The notes under the pieces: generated by a model
Told to the model about the DNA's origin: nothing
The model's database searches: none
What the model saw: only the letters and a program-made list of their open reading frames with translations
Made by a program: the position numbers and the translations under genes
NCBI GenBank assembly: GCA_001661245.1
Contig: KV454015.1
Span: forward strand, 670,924-734,923
Source: Pachysolen tannophilus NRRL Y-2460
Taxonomy: Eukaryota
Length of the DNA: 64,000 nt
Reading direction: 5' to 3'
Shown: positions 47,162 to 56,983 of the stretch, in pieces
Position numbering within the stretch: the stretch's first letter is position 1
Layout of the letters: each line of letters begins with the position of its first letter

Positions 47162-49499
47162 TATTATTATGGCCATCACCACCAAAATCATGAGAAGTAA
47201 TCCCGGTCGATAAACTGCTTCTTTCCGGCGAACCCAATGAATCAAAACCAGAGGAAAATTTATTGGATAGCTCATGTGAAATGTCAGGACTTAAAAATCG
47301 AGATTCACCAGAAAAAACGTTGGTTTTATTATTGCCATTATTGCCATTACCTGGTATTTTTGGAGAACCAAGATGCACCGAACCTGCAGATATTACCGAG
47401 TCACGGTATTTTGCAGAATTAAGAGAGCTTAATTCGTTTTGTTTGGATAAAGAATTATATTGAGCCGAGTACTCTGATAGTAAGTCATTAGTAGTAGCAT
47501 TGTTAACTACATTACTATTATTGATTGAGGGATAATTTTGAGCTGTGGAGTATGAATTCACAGAAAATATGCTATCAGCCGGCAAAATTAAACTTGCAGT
47601 ACCGTTCTTATCCTGTAATTGTGAACCAAAATCAAACATTTCATTATCAGTGTAATTCAACAAAGAATTAGGTAGCATCATATCAACACTTGGCTGAGGC
47701 TCAACCTCTTTATTATTGGAAGAAGAAGGTGTCTGAGTATTCAATATATTGTTCAGACTTAAATTCAAAGCACTTTTATGCTGTGAATCTGCAGATGAAA
47801 CTGCTGGAAATAGCCAGTCACTTGGAAATGTTGTATTTGAACTGTTCTGAAATAGGGACGGTAATGTTTGTTGTTGTTGTTGTTGTTGTTGCAATTGCAA
47901 TGGCTGCTGCAGGGTTGAATTAGCAGTTACAGCCGATCCAGTACTAGTTGCAGGATTAGCATTAGCATTAGCATTAGCATTACTGTTGTTATTACTTATG
48001 ACAGATAAGTAATGATCATACTTTGTTTCTACTGGGAAACTTTGGTCATAGCTTCTCTGAAGAGCTTTATTTGCATTATCATTCAGCGAATTAATTAACG
48101 AGTTATTTTGTTCTTTTAAAGTTTCATTCAAATTTCTGGCATCAAGGTAACGTTTCTGGTATTTAAGCTGAGCAGCCCTCCACTCTGCTAATAACCGAGA
48201 ATCTTCAACAATCTCTTTGCTTATTATATCAGCCCATTCTGGAATGATTTCTTTCAAACGTTGCAAAGATATTCCACCATCTTTTTGAACATTCCCATCT
48301 CCATCTGTAGATTTTTTCAAAGTTTCAAAAATAGGCATTAACTGAGTTTTCAAAGTTTCCAATTGTTTCCTCCTCAAATTTTTCTTTTTAAAAAATTCTT
48401 CCAAATTCTGATTTTCTTGTTGAACTCTAATGATTTCCTGATTTAAATTCAGAATCTCATCTTCTAATTTTTTAAATTCGCCTTCTTCATTTTCAACTAA
48501 TCCTACATTTGTTTCATGTTTTTGATTTAGAGTAGCTTCAAATTCCTCTAATTCTTTTTTCCGTTGTTCTATTGTTCTTCTTCTGGCCTCCAATGTGGCC
48601 TTTGCTTTCTCAATCTTTAATTCAAAATTCATCTTACTATCTTCTAAATAAGTAGTCTCTTGTTTCACTGAGAGACGATTTTTATCTTCCAATTTTTTTC
48701 TTTCTCTTAAATCGTTTCTGCTTGAAATCAATATTTGTTGCTGTTCTGCGAAATCAATATCTGATTGCCGCTGCTGTTCAATAACGATACTTAACTCTTC
48801 TTGACCTGACTCCAAATAAAACCTTAAATCTTCAATATTAGTTATCTTGTTTGGAGGAGGTGGAGGAACATTGTTTGAATCAGTCTCAATAGTGTTTCCT
48901 CTGGATCTCAGATCGTTTGATAATTGCTGTCTAAAAGTATCATGTAGTTTCAAACTATCGTTAAAATCTGTTGATGAATCTAATATAGAATTTAGATCAC
49001 CTACTATCCCAATATTATTATTCTCATTCGAAGCACATTCTTTATTACCATCATTAACTGCCTTCTTACAAGTCCTCACAAACACAGGACATGACTTTGA
49101 TCGAAAATGTAAATTATTAAAAGCAACAACATCAATCTGATAATGTGTATTAGGTAAAAGATTAGTTAGCAACACAGAATTTTGATTTCCTTCAAGTCGA
49201 TATACTTGTAACCCATTCACATAAACCACATAATATCCAAGATGTTTTTTCGAATCCTTTCCATAATTCACCGCTGATAAGGTATTATCTTCTTCTTCAC
49301 TATCCACTGACGTCGTACTATCCCAGTGTATCGCTACTGAATTTTCTGTTACACTATCGGTCGAAATCTTTGGTATTACAGGAACTGATATTGACAATAC
49401 CTTGATGATATAATTCGTCGGTAATTTGAATAACAACCAAAGCCTATATATCAACCATACCAATGCCAACGACGGCAACGCTAGTTGCCATATGAACAT
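45696..49499 (-). CDS. N-terminal TM + fibronectin type III + coiled-coil + N/S/Q-rich disordered protein
   Basis: Hydrophobic N-terminus; SVAIHWD..YVVYVNG..LTNLLPNTHYQIDVVAFN; long heptad region; polyN/polyQ tail. Confidence 0.75.
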
Positions 49500-49719
49500 G
49501 ATAGATACCTATATATATACAACAATCTTATTTCGATTTAATTGAAAAATTATAACAATAATTAACTGTCCAGATAACTCAGAAAAATTGATATTTTTTC
49601 AAAAACAAAAAAAATTTTCGATTTTTTTGTAGTTGCTTGGCAATGAGAAGTTGAAATAATTGAAATTTCCATTGAAACGGGTAGATATATAGAAGGTGTG
49701 AAGTGCTGAGTATGATAAG

Positions 49720-50568
49720 ATGACCTTGGTAACAGCTGAGAGACTAGTGAAGCTTTCACAGTATAAGCATTTGCAGAATTCATGGTATTATATTGCTGCT
49801 ACTGCATTAGCTACTTGTAATCAACCAGAAGAGATTTCTAAAATTTATCATATGGCTTTACAGATGACGAAGAAAGATTTTATTGCTAATGTAGATACTG
49901 CAAATGAAGCTATAGAGTTTGGTATGAAGGTTAGGGAAATTAATGCTAGGAATTATGTTCGAACAAGGAAATATCAACTTGATGTACCTATTTTTGATTT
50001 ATCAAATACTATTTCAAAACCTAATTTTAACCTGAAATTGATAACGTTGAAGACAAAAGAGGCCTTGTTGAAATCAGTGCCCATAGGTGGATTGCCTAAA
50101 TTTATCAATGCTATGATTGATTTCCATAACTCAGTACCGGAAAATTTACTTTATGACAAAGGTTATGAATCTTGTAGATCATTTATCATTAAGCTGGATT
50201 CCATAAAGAAGGAAAGAGAAAAAGGACAAGACTTATGGAATCTTGTTTATGGAAAAATTGCTCAAAAAGTTGCTTCGAATATTTCATATTCCTCAAAAGA
50301 TTTATGGGAATTTATATTGTATCATGTTTATTCTTCTTTGCTTTCGTATGATAAATATTTAGCCAAAAATGAAACCAGCCTTGTACTTATTGCTTGCTTA
50401 ATTCCACAGGATGTAAATCCACAATTAAAGGGCCATTTAAGAGGAGCTCTTAATACAGGTTGCACAAGAGAACAAATAGAAAGTGCTAGAGATATGACCA
50501 TTGAAATCTGTCAGTGGTGTGGTGTAAAATGGAAAGATGAAGTTGCAAATTTAAAGCCAAAGCTATGA
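49720..50568 (+). CDS. PXP2: AhpD/carboxymuconolactone decarboxylase-like protein (Pxp2/YJR111C-like), PTS1-like C-terminus
   Basis: EALLKS..GLPKFIN, ETSLVLIACLIPQDVNPQLKGHLRGALNTG; ends in PKL. Confidence 0.75.
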   Translation: MTLVTAERLVKLSQYKHLQNSWYYIAATALATCNQPEEISKIYHMALQMTKKDFIANVDTANEAIEFGMKVREINARNYVRTRKYQLDVPIFDLSNTISKPNFNLKLITLKTKEALLKSVPIGGLPKFINAMIDFHNSVPENLLYDKGYESCRSFIIKLDSIKKEREKGQDLWNLVYGKIAQKVASNISYSSKDLWEFILYHVYSSLLSYDKYLAKNETSLVLIACLIPQDVNPQLKGHLRGALNTGCTREQIESARDMTIEICQWCGVKWKDEVANLKPKL

Positions 50569-50704
50569 GAAAGAAAAAAAAAAAAATAATCACCAATTTC
50601 ATTAATTCATTCATAATCATTCATCTATTATACACATTTTCAAATTTAAAAAAAAAAAAAAGAATTAGAAATTAAATAAATATATACGCATTGCCATTAC
50701 TGGG

Positions 50705-52657
50705 TTAATGGCCATTACTATCACCTATGAATTGTATTGAAAATAAGTAACAATTAACTAAGATTTTTTTCAACTTCTCTATGCTTTCTAAAGAAATTTG
50801 ACTGTGGAAATATATTTTACCATTACCGTTTAATTTCAACTTTTGATTTTCTGCTAATTTAATTAAGATTCTTCTATCCATTTTCATCTTATCCATATCG
50901 ATTTCCAAAACATTCGTTGCAACTGGATACTTCAATGCTATTGATTTAGAATTCAAAAAACTTGCAACGTTTTTGGCCAATAAATGTGACTTGCGAATTC
51001 TGTTTACTAAACCGTTATAATCATTCAAACATACTAGAGACATTTTAGAATAGATACTAAAATCAATAAAACCTGGTCCGTGTTGTTGTATTTGGAAAAA
51101 TCTTGCCTTCTTTATATAATCATTATTTCCGACAAGTACTGAACCCATAGTACAAATAGTTGATGAAGCATTCAAGCAAATTGTAACCGATGTAGCAAAT
51201 TTACAATAATTTTTTATAGGAATGTTACTAACCACAGAAGCGTCCCAAATGTTTGAACCATCGAGATGCACTTTAATACCATTCTTATTGCACCATCTAT
51301 ATATCTTCTTTAATTCATTCAAAGGTAGTACTATACCGTGTCTTGTGCTTTGCAAAAATAAAGCCTTTGTTGGTGGAATACCATTTTCGACTTCATCTGG
51401 CGATATATAATGCGAAACCAAATCTTTTAGAGTAAGATATAGACCATTTGATGGCTCAACAGGTTTTAAAACAACTCCTGTCAAATTTCCCAACAATCCG
51501 GAATCATTGATGAAAAAATCACATTCTGCGTCACATAATATCGAATGAGGAGGATAATCTAAAAGCGTCCGCAGAGCTATTTGATTAGAAATAGTTGATG
51601 ATGTGGCAAAAATACCAGATTCCTTCCCTGTGACTTCACAAATTTTTTTAATTAATAATTTTGTATATGAGTCGTAATTACCAGAAATAGTATACGAATG
51701 GTTATCAGCCATATAATTTGAGGTAATGGTATTATTAGTAGGCCTACTTATACGATCTGATAAGTTGTTCTCATCAGGATCTTCCCTTTCATCCTCCTCA
51801 TCATCATCGTCATCATCATCTTCTTCATTATTTTGTTCTCCTAGATTTTGATGTTTCCTTTTATTACGCTGATGCTGCTCTCTTCTTTGATCATTCATCC
51901 GTATCTGCTGTTGTTGCTGCTGTTGCTGTTGTTGCTGTTGTTGTTGTTGTTGTTGTTGTAAGCTTTGTCGTCCTATTTGGTCTCTAGTATTGACTATTGA
52001 TGCATTCAACCCTGCTAGTAACATTTCCTTTGTAGGTTGTAATACCAGATCTGAGCTGAAATCATTAAAAGCTGTATTTATTTCAATCTTGATATTAAGT
52101 ATATCAGAATAAGGTCTTGATTCTTCATCATTGATAAGAAGTTCATTGATATCGTCTAAACTCAGCAGCGAATTTTGACGATGATGATGTTGCTGATGGA
52201 AATTATGGAAAATTGGAGCAATACTCTTATCGTGCAGTATCGACGGAAGCAAATCTACTTCTTGAGTAGAACTATTTGGAGCTCCTCCTACTGTTGTACC
52301 CGAAGTTGTTGCCGTACCAGCAGTACTGGTACCAGTACCGGTACCAAAATTCGATACTAAACTATTATGTCCAAATACAGCTTGCTCAATATCTAAAGCA
52401 TTATTATTATTAATACCATTCAAGGTAATATTGTCATTCGTATTACTATTCGTATTCGAATCAAGAGAATCTTGCTTCCTTATACCATGAGCTGTGGACC
52501 TCAAATGTCCACTTAAAGTCCCAGTTCCTTTAGAACGATCAAACATAAATACCCTTCCGCATAATCGACATTTTTCTTCCCTTGTCCGCTTATCTATATC
52601 TTGAATAAAATCAAAATAATGATATACCCAACTTCTCCTTTTATTTTCCTTGGGCAT
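50705..52657 (-). CDS. BED zinc finger fused to a degenerate Gly1-like threonine aldolase domain
   Basis: RRSWVYHYF..CRLC..GTGTLSGHLRSTAH; aligns by eye to the adjacent GLY1 (NDFSSD..PTKEML; GKESGIF..SNQI; PPHSILCD; LHLDG vs VHLDG); first ATG 52657. Confidence 0.85.
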   Translation of the reverse strand: MPKENKRRSWVYHYFDFIQDIDKRTREEKCRLCGRVFMFDRSKGTGTLSGHLRSTAHGIRKQDSLDSNTNSNTNDNITLNGINNNNALDIEQAVFGHNSLVSNFGTGTGTSTAGTATTSGTTVGGAPNSSTQEVDLLPSILHDKSIAPIFHNFHQQHHHRQNSLLSLDDINELLINDEESRPYSDILNIKIEINTAFNDFSSDLVLQPTKEMLLAGLNASIVNTRDQIGRQSLQQQQQQQQQQQQQQQQQQIRMNDQRREQHQRNKRKHQNLGEQNNEEDDDDDDDEEDEREDPDENNLSDRISRPTNNTITSNYMADNHSYTISGNYDSYTKLLIKKICEVTGKESGIFATSSTISNQIALRTLLDYPPHSILCDAECDFFINDSGLLGNLTGVVLKPVEPSNGLYLTLKDLVSHYISPDEVENGIPPTKALFLQSTRHGIVLPLNELKKIYRWCNKNGIKVHLDGSNIWDASVVSNIPIKNYCKFATSVTICLNASSTICTMGSVLVGNNDYIKKARFFQIQQHGPGFIDFSIYSKMSLVCLNDYNGLVNRIRKSHLLAKNVASFLNSKSIALKYPVATNVLEIDMDKMKMDRRILIKLAENQKLKLNGNGKIYFHSQISLESIEKLKKILVNCYLFSIQFIGDSNGH

Positions 52658-53010
52658 GATGGAGAGAGTCCACAGACTAAACCCCAATTGAATCCTTCAC
52701 AAAGAAACAAAATCTTAAATGTTTAACAAAAGTATTTTAATTATCTTATTATTATTAAATACCGTTCTTTTTTTTTTTTTTTTATTAGCATTTTTATTAC
52801 TTATATTCGAGAAAACTACAGGATTTAAAATTGATTTTAAAAAGAAGAAGAACAAAAACCAATACAAAACTTTTAATAGTAATAATTATAATAATTTCTA
52901 TTAAAATATATAATGATATATGATAATTAAATAATAGTTAATAATAACAAATTCCTAGATTCCTACTACCGCCAATTTTCGAGTTATTTTTGTGTCATTT
53001 GAAGTTTGAT

Positions 53011-54111
53011 TTAACGATTATTTATGTCGTAAATTCTAGCTGGTGCTGTCAGGTAAAATGGATGTTCTAAAGAATGTAAATAAGTATCGTAAATTGCTTT
53101 TTTAACATTTTCAAAACTTTCTTGTGAAATTTGGAAATGGAAAGAGACTCTACAACCCATTTGTTTGACGTTATATTTCTTTGCATTAGCAAGTAATACT
53201 TCATTACTCATTTTCATTTTGTTCATATCTAAAAAGACAAAATTTGTATGAACTGGACATTCCAATGCAATATTATTTTCTTCACAAAATTTTCCCAATT
53301 CTTTTGCCATTTCATGAGATCTTTTAATCTTTGATAAATTTTGATCAATTGCAATACTTGCCATTCTTGCTAACATACCACCTTGTCTAATACCACCACC
53401 ATTTTGTTTTTTGAAATGATTAGCTTTGGCAATGAAATCAGGATTTCCAACCAAGACAGAACCAATTGGAGCACCCAATGATTTCGATAAACATAAGGAA
53501 ACAGAGTCAAAATAAGAACAATATTCTTTTATTGAAATTCCTGTTTCTACAGAAGCATTCCATAATCTTGCACCATCCAAATGTAATTTGACATTATTTT
53601 CTTTACACCAAGCAGAGATTCTCTTAATTTCATCCAAAGGAAACAACAATCCATGCAACGTGTTTTCCAAAGAAATAACTTTTGTTGGTGCAGCATGAAT
53701 ATTACCATCATCTGGAATGAAATTATCAATTATATCTTCCAAAGTTAAATGAATCCCATTTGCCGGATGAACAGCAGAAACCATCGCTTGAGACAAAGTA
53801 GCCAACCCACCTGCCTCATGCAAATAGACATGACCTCTATAATCACATAATACAGAATGAGGTGGTTGATGTAAATTAGCTCTTAACCCGATTTGATTTG
53901 ATAAAGTACCAGAAACACAAAACAATCCAGCCTCTTTCCCAGCCAAATCAGCAACCTTCTTTTCAAGATCCAAAGTATCTTTATCCTCCTGGTAAACAGA
54001 ATCACCTAAACTGGAAACCAAAGCAGCTTCTAACATCTCCTTAGTAGGAACAGTAAAAGTATCACTTCTAAACTCATTATGAGCACGGGTAAACTCCGAA
54101 CTAGAAGCCAT
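53011..54111 (-). CDS. GLY1: Low-specificity L-threonine aldolase
   Basis: NEFRSDTFT, SGTLSNQI, HVYLHEAGG, LENTLHG, HLDGARLWNA, CLSKSLGAPIGS (PLP Lys). Confidence 0.96.
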   Translation of the reverse strand: MASSSEFTRAHNEFRSDTFTVPTKEMLEAALVSSLGDSVYQEDKDTLDLEKKVADLAGKEAGLFCVSGTLSNQIGLRANLHQPPHSVLCDYRGHVYLHEAGGLATLSQAMVSAVHPANGIHLTLEDIIDNFIPDDGNIHAAPTKVISLENTLHGLLFPLDEIKRISAWCKENNVKLHLDGARLWNASVETGISIKEYCSYFDSVSLCLSKSLGAPIGSVLVGNPDFIAKANHFKKQNGGGIRQGGMLARMASIAIDQNLSKIKRSHEMAKELGKFCEENNIALECPVHTNFVFLDMNKMKMSNEVLLANAKKYNVKQMGCRVSFHFQISQESFENVKKAIYDTYLHSLEHPFYLTAPARIYDINNR

Positions 54112-54256
54112 TTTCCTCAATATATTTTAATAAAATACAATACTATATTATCAACAATATTTTGCACAAAATCAAAAAAAAAAATATCTTAAATACAACA
54201 AAATTAAAAGATGAAAGAAAAATTTGATTACTTGGTTATTCTTGATATTTAATACT

Positions 54257-55125
54257 TGATTAGTCACTTGGCTACCCAAAGAAGCTGCTGCAGTTTTTTT
54301 TTTTTTTTTTTGAAAAATTTTAGGCCAAAAACAAATAAAAAAAAAAAAAAGAAATTTCTCCAGAAGGAGAAGTATTATATATTTAAGTCAGAAACTTCTC
54401 CGGCTACATTGTATTTGTCAGGTTGGCTGTTAGCATTACATATTTATGTAATGCTACTTCTCCACTTTATTGTTCCGAAATGCTTCCCCAATAGCGGAAA
54501 AACTTAAAAAAGGAGAAAAAAAATTGAAAAAAATTTTTTTTCCATCTTCTCCGTTTTCCATTTTTCCTCCTCATGAAAAGCTGTTTTGCGGGTAAATCTA
54601 GCTGGACTAAACGGCTTCTTCCTGATAGGCTGATGGAGACTTCTTGGTCAAGAGAACAAACAGAAAACAGTGTTGAAACAAGGTCAATAGGAGGAGGCAT
54701 ATGGAGGAGATGCTGATCTTTTCCAGCTAGTCGCAGTTACCAGATAAGATAAGGTAGATCAGATGTAGGTTTGAAAGCAGCTTTATCCGTTTATTTGCGG
54801 CTCGATCTTTCTTGAAAGTGACTCTTCTCCATATCTGACTCCGGACATAAAGGAAGAGGTCAATAACAAGTCAACAATGGTGCGGCTTACAGAGTCAGAA
54901 GTGAATTTTTTTTTCTTTTTGGAAAATTGTAGTTAGTTTAGTTGTGTTATCTATTATCCATGATATGTTATGATGATGTTCTGAGGAGAATTCGAATATT
55001 GTTGATGTGTAAGGCTGGCAGGGCTATTTTTTAGCTTTTTTTTTTTTTTTTTTTTTTATGTATTTTTTTGTTGTTGTTGTCGGAATGGTTTTCCACCTGC
55101 GCTGCATTGCCTGCCCAGATAAGGT
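54257..55125. promoter_or_regulatory. Divergent GLY1/permease promoter with Gcn4-like and GATA sites
   Basis: TGACTC 54819 and 54836, GAGTCA 54892, TTAGTCA 54260; GATAAG twice near 54742-54752 and once near 55118. Confidence 0.5.
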
Positions 55126-55228
55126 TATAGTTAAGATTTGAAGTTTTTCATTCAAAAACACACTCTTTATACTATTTAATATATTGTTTGATTGAGAGAG
55201 GATACAGAATACAGGCTATTATATCGCT

Positions 55229-56896
55229 ATGGCAGACTCACAGAGTGGTGGAGCTGATGGACATGTGGACGAGAATACTTGTTTGATTTCTCCACAAGCG
55301 CAACTGCTATTGTTGGATCATCTTGTAGAGGACGATGTTAATATAGATTCGGATATTTCACCAGAGACAATAAAGGAAAATGGATCGCTAGTAGTACCAG
55401 AGAGTTCCCCTCATGGCCGGTACTTGGGATTGTATTCAACCATTATATTGTTTGTTGCTAGAATGGTTGGTTCTGGTATATTTGCAACACCTGGTGGAAT
55501 CTTTGTAGATTGTTCTGGTTCTCCTTTTCTATTTTTTCTGACATGGTTTATTGGGTTTTTAATTGCATTGTCTGGGTTATGGGTTTATTTGGAATTGGGA
55601 TCATTTATACCAAGATCAGGAGCTACAAAAGTTTTCCTTGAATTTATGTTTCCTAACCCAAAATTTTTTAGTAGTATGGTATTTGGTTTCTTTACTGTTT
55701 TTTTCTCCTTATCTACAACAAATGCAATTGTATTTGGTGAATATATTAGATATGCATTTGGCTGTGAAAATGATGAATTGAAATCCAAGATAACGGGGAT
55801 CTGCTTAATCTTGTCAGCGGTTTTGTTACATGGTTTTTCAAGAAAAATTGGTATTCTTGTTCAGAATACTATTGGAGGTTTAAAACTAGTGTTACTTGCA
55901 ATAATGATATTATCTAGTTTTTACGTTTTAATCTTGCCTTCATCTATCACACATTTGGATAACCAATTGAAAAAAGAGAAATTCTTTCAAATACCGCCTT
56001 CATTTTCAACTTCTCTATATGCTAGCTCAGTCTTGAAGGCTATATTTAGTTTTGGTGGTTGGACAACAGCTCATACTGTTCAATCTGAAATTATAAATCC
56101 AACTAGAACTTTGAAAATTGCAGCACCATTATCACTTTCCATAGTATTTGTCGCATATTTAGCTATGAATCTTTGCTACATGATCGTGTTGCCTCATAAA
56201 GATATATTAGAAGGTGGTCAACTTGTTGGCCCCATGTTATTCACCAAATTATTTGGTGAGAAAATAGGACAAAAACTCTTATCTATAATTATATCCATCT
56301 GTGCCGCTGGAAATGTATTTGTCGTTGTTTATTCAGATTCAAAGATGACTCAAGAAGTTGCCAGAGAAGGTTTTTTACCTTTCAGTAGATCAATAGCATC
56401 TAATTACCCATTCAAGACTCCATTTTTGGCTTTGGTCTTTCATGGATTTATATCATGTGCTGTTATGTTCATTCCAAACTCTGAAAAACAAATCTTTAAC
56501 TACATTGTCAAAATGCAAATATACCCAAATCAATTATTTCATGCAATTTTGTGCATTGGTTTATTGTTTAAAGTACGTCGGAAATATGACTCAATTTATA
56601 AATCACAATTACGAGCTCCAACAATTTTTGTATGGTTTTGTCTTGTAAGTTCCCTGTCAATTGTCATGGGACCTTTCCTAAGTGGAGTAGATTCTGCAAA
56701 TTCTGGTTATGCTATAGTTGGTCTCAGCGTATTATTTCTTGGTGTTTTGTACTGGCTAGTATATGTACGGATAATTCCTAAATTTTACGATTTTTCATAC
56801 ATCAGAATATTTGATAGTTTGCCTTTTGATGGTTTAAGAGTGAAAAAATGGGTTAAAGTTTACAATCAAAAGGATATTGGTGAAATTGTTGCATGA
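55229..56896 (+). CDS. APC/LAT-family amino acid permease, methionine permease-like (Mup3/Mup1)
   Basis: GRYLGLYSTIILFVARMVGSGIFATPG, YLELGSFIPRSGA, FSFGGW, QEVAREGFLPFS. Confidence 0.85.
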   Translation: MADSQSGGADGHVDENTCLISPQAQLLLLDHLVEDDVNIDSDISPETIKENGSLVVPESSPHGRYLGLYSTIILFVARMVGSGIFATPGGIFVDCSGSPFLFFLTWFIGFLIALSGLWVYLELGSFIPRSGATKVFLEFMFPNPKFFSSMVFGFFTVFFSLSTTNAIVFGEYIRYAFGCENDELKSKITGICLILSAVLLHGFSRKIGILVQNTIGGLKLVLLAIMILSSFYVLILPSSITHLDNQLKKEKFFQIPPSFSTSLYASSVLKAIFSFGGWTTAHTVQSEIINPTRTLKIAAPLSLSIVFVAYLAMNLCYMIVLPHKDILEGGQLVGPMLFTKLFGEKIGQKLLSIIISICAAGNVFVVVYSDSKMTQEVAREGFLPFSRSIASNYPFKTPFLALVFHGFISCAVMFIPNSEKQIFNYIVKMQIYPNQLFHAILCIGLLFKVRRKYDSIYKSQLRAPTIFVWFCLVSSLSIVMGPFLSGVDSANSGYAIVGLSVLFLGVLYWLVYVRIIPKFYDFSYIRIFDSLPFDGLRVKKWVKVYNQKDIGEIVA

Positions 56897-56983
56897 TTAA
56901 AATATATAAATTTTATCCGCTTTGTATTAAAAATTCTTATACACAATAGTCTTACATTATCTAGTAAAATTAAAATTGAAAAC

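Noticed and set aside
18343..56896. Possible sulfur cluster (MET16, SRX1, MET10, MUP-like)
   Set aside because: Spread over about 38 kb with many unrelated genes between; a Cbf1 site was seen only at MET10.
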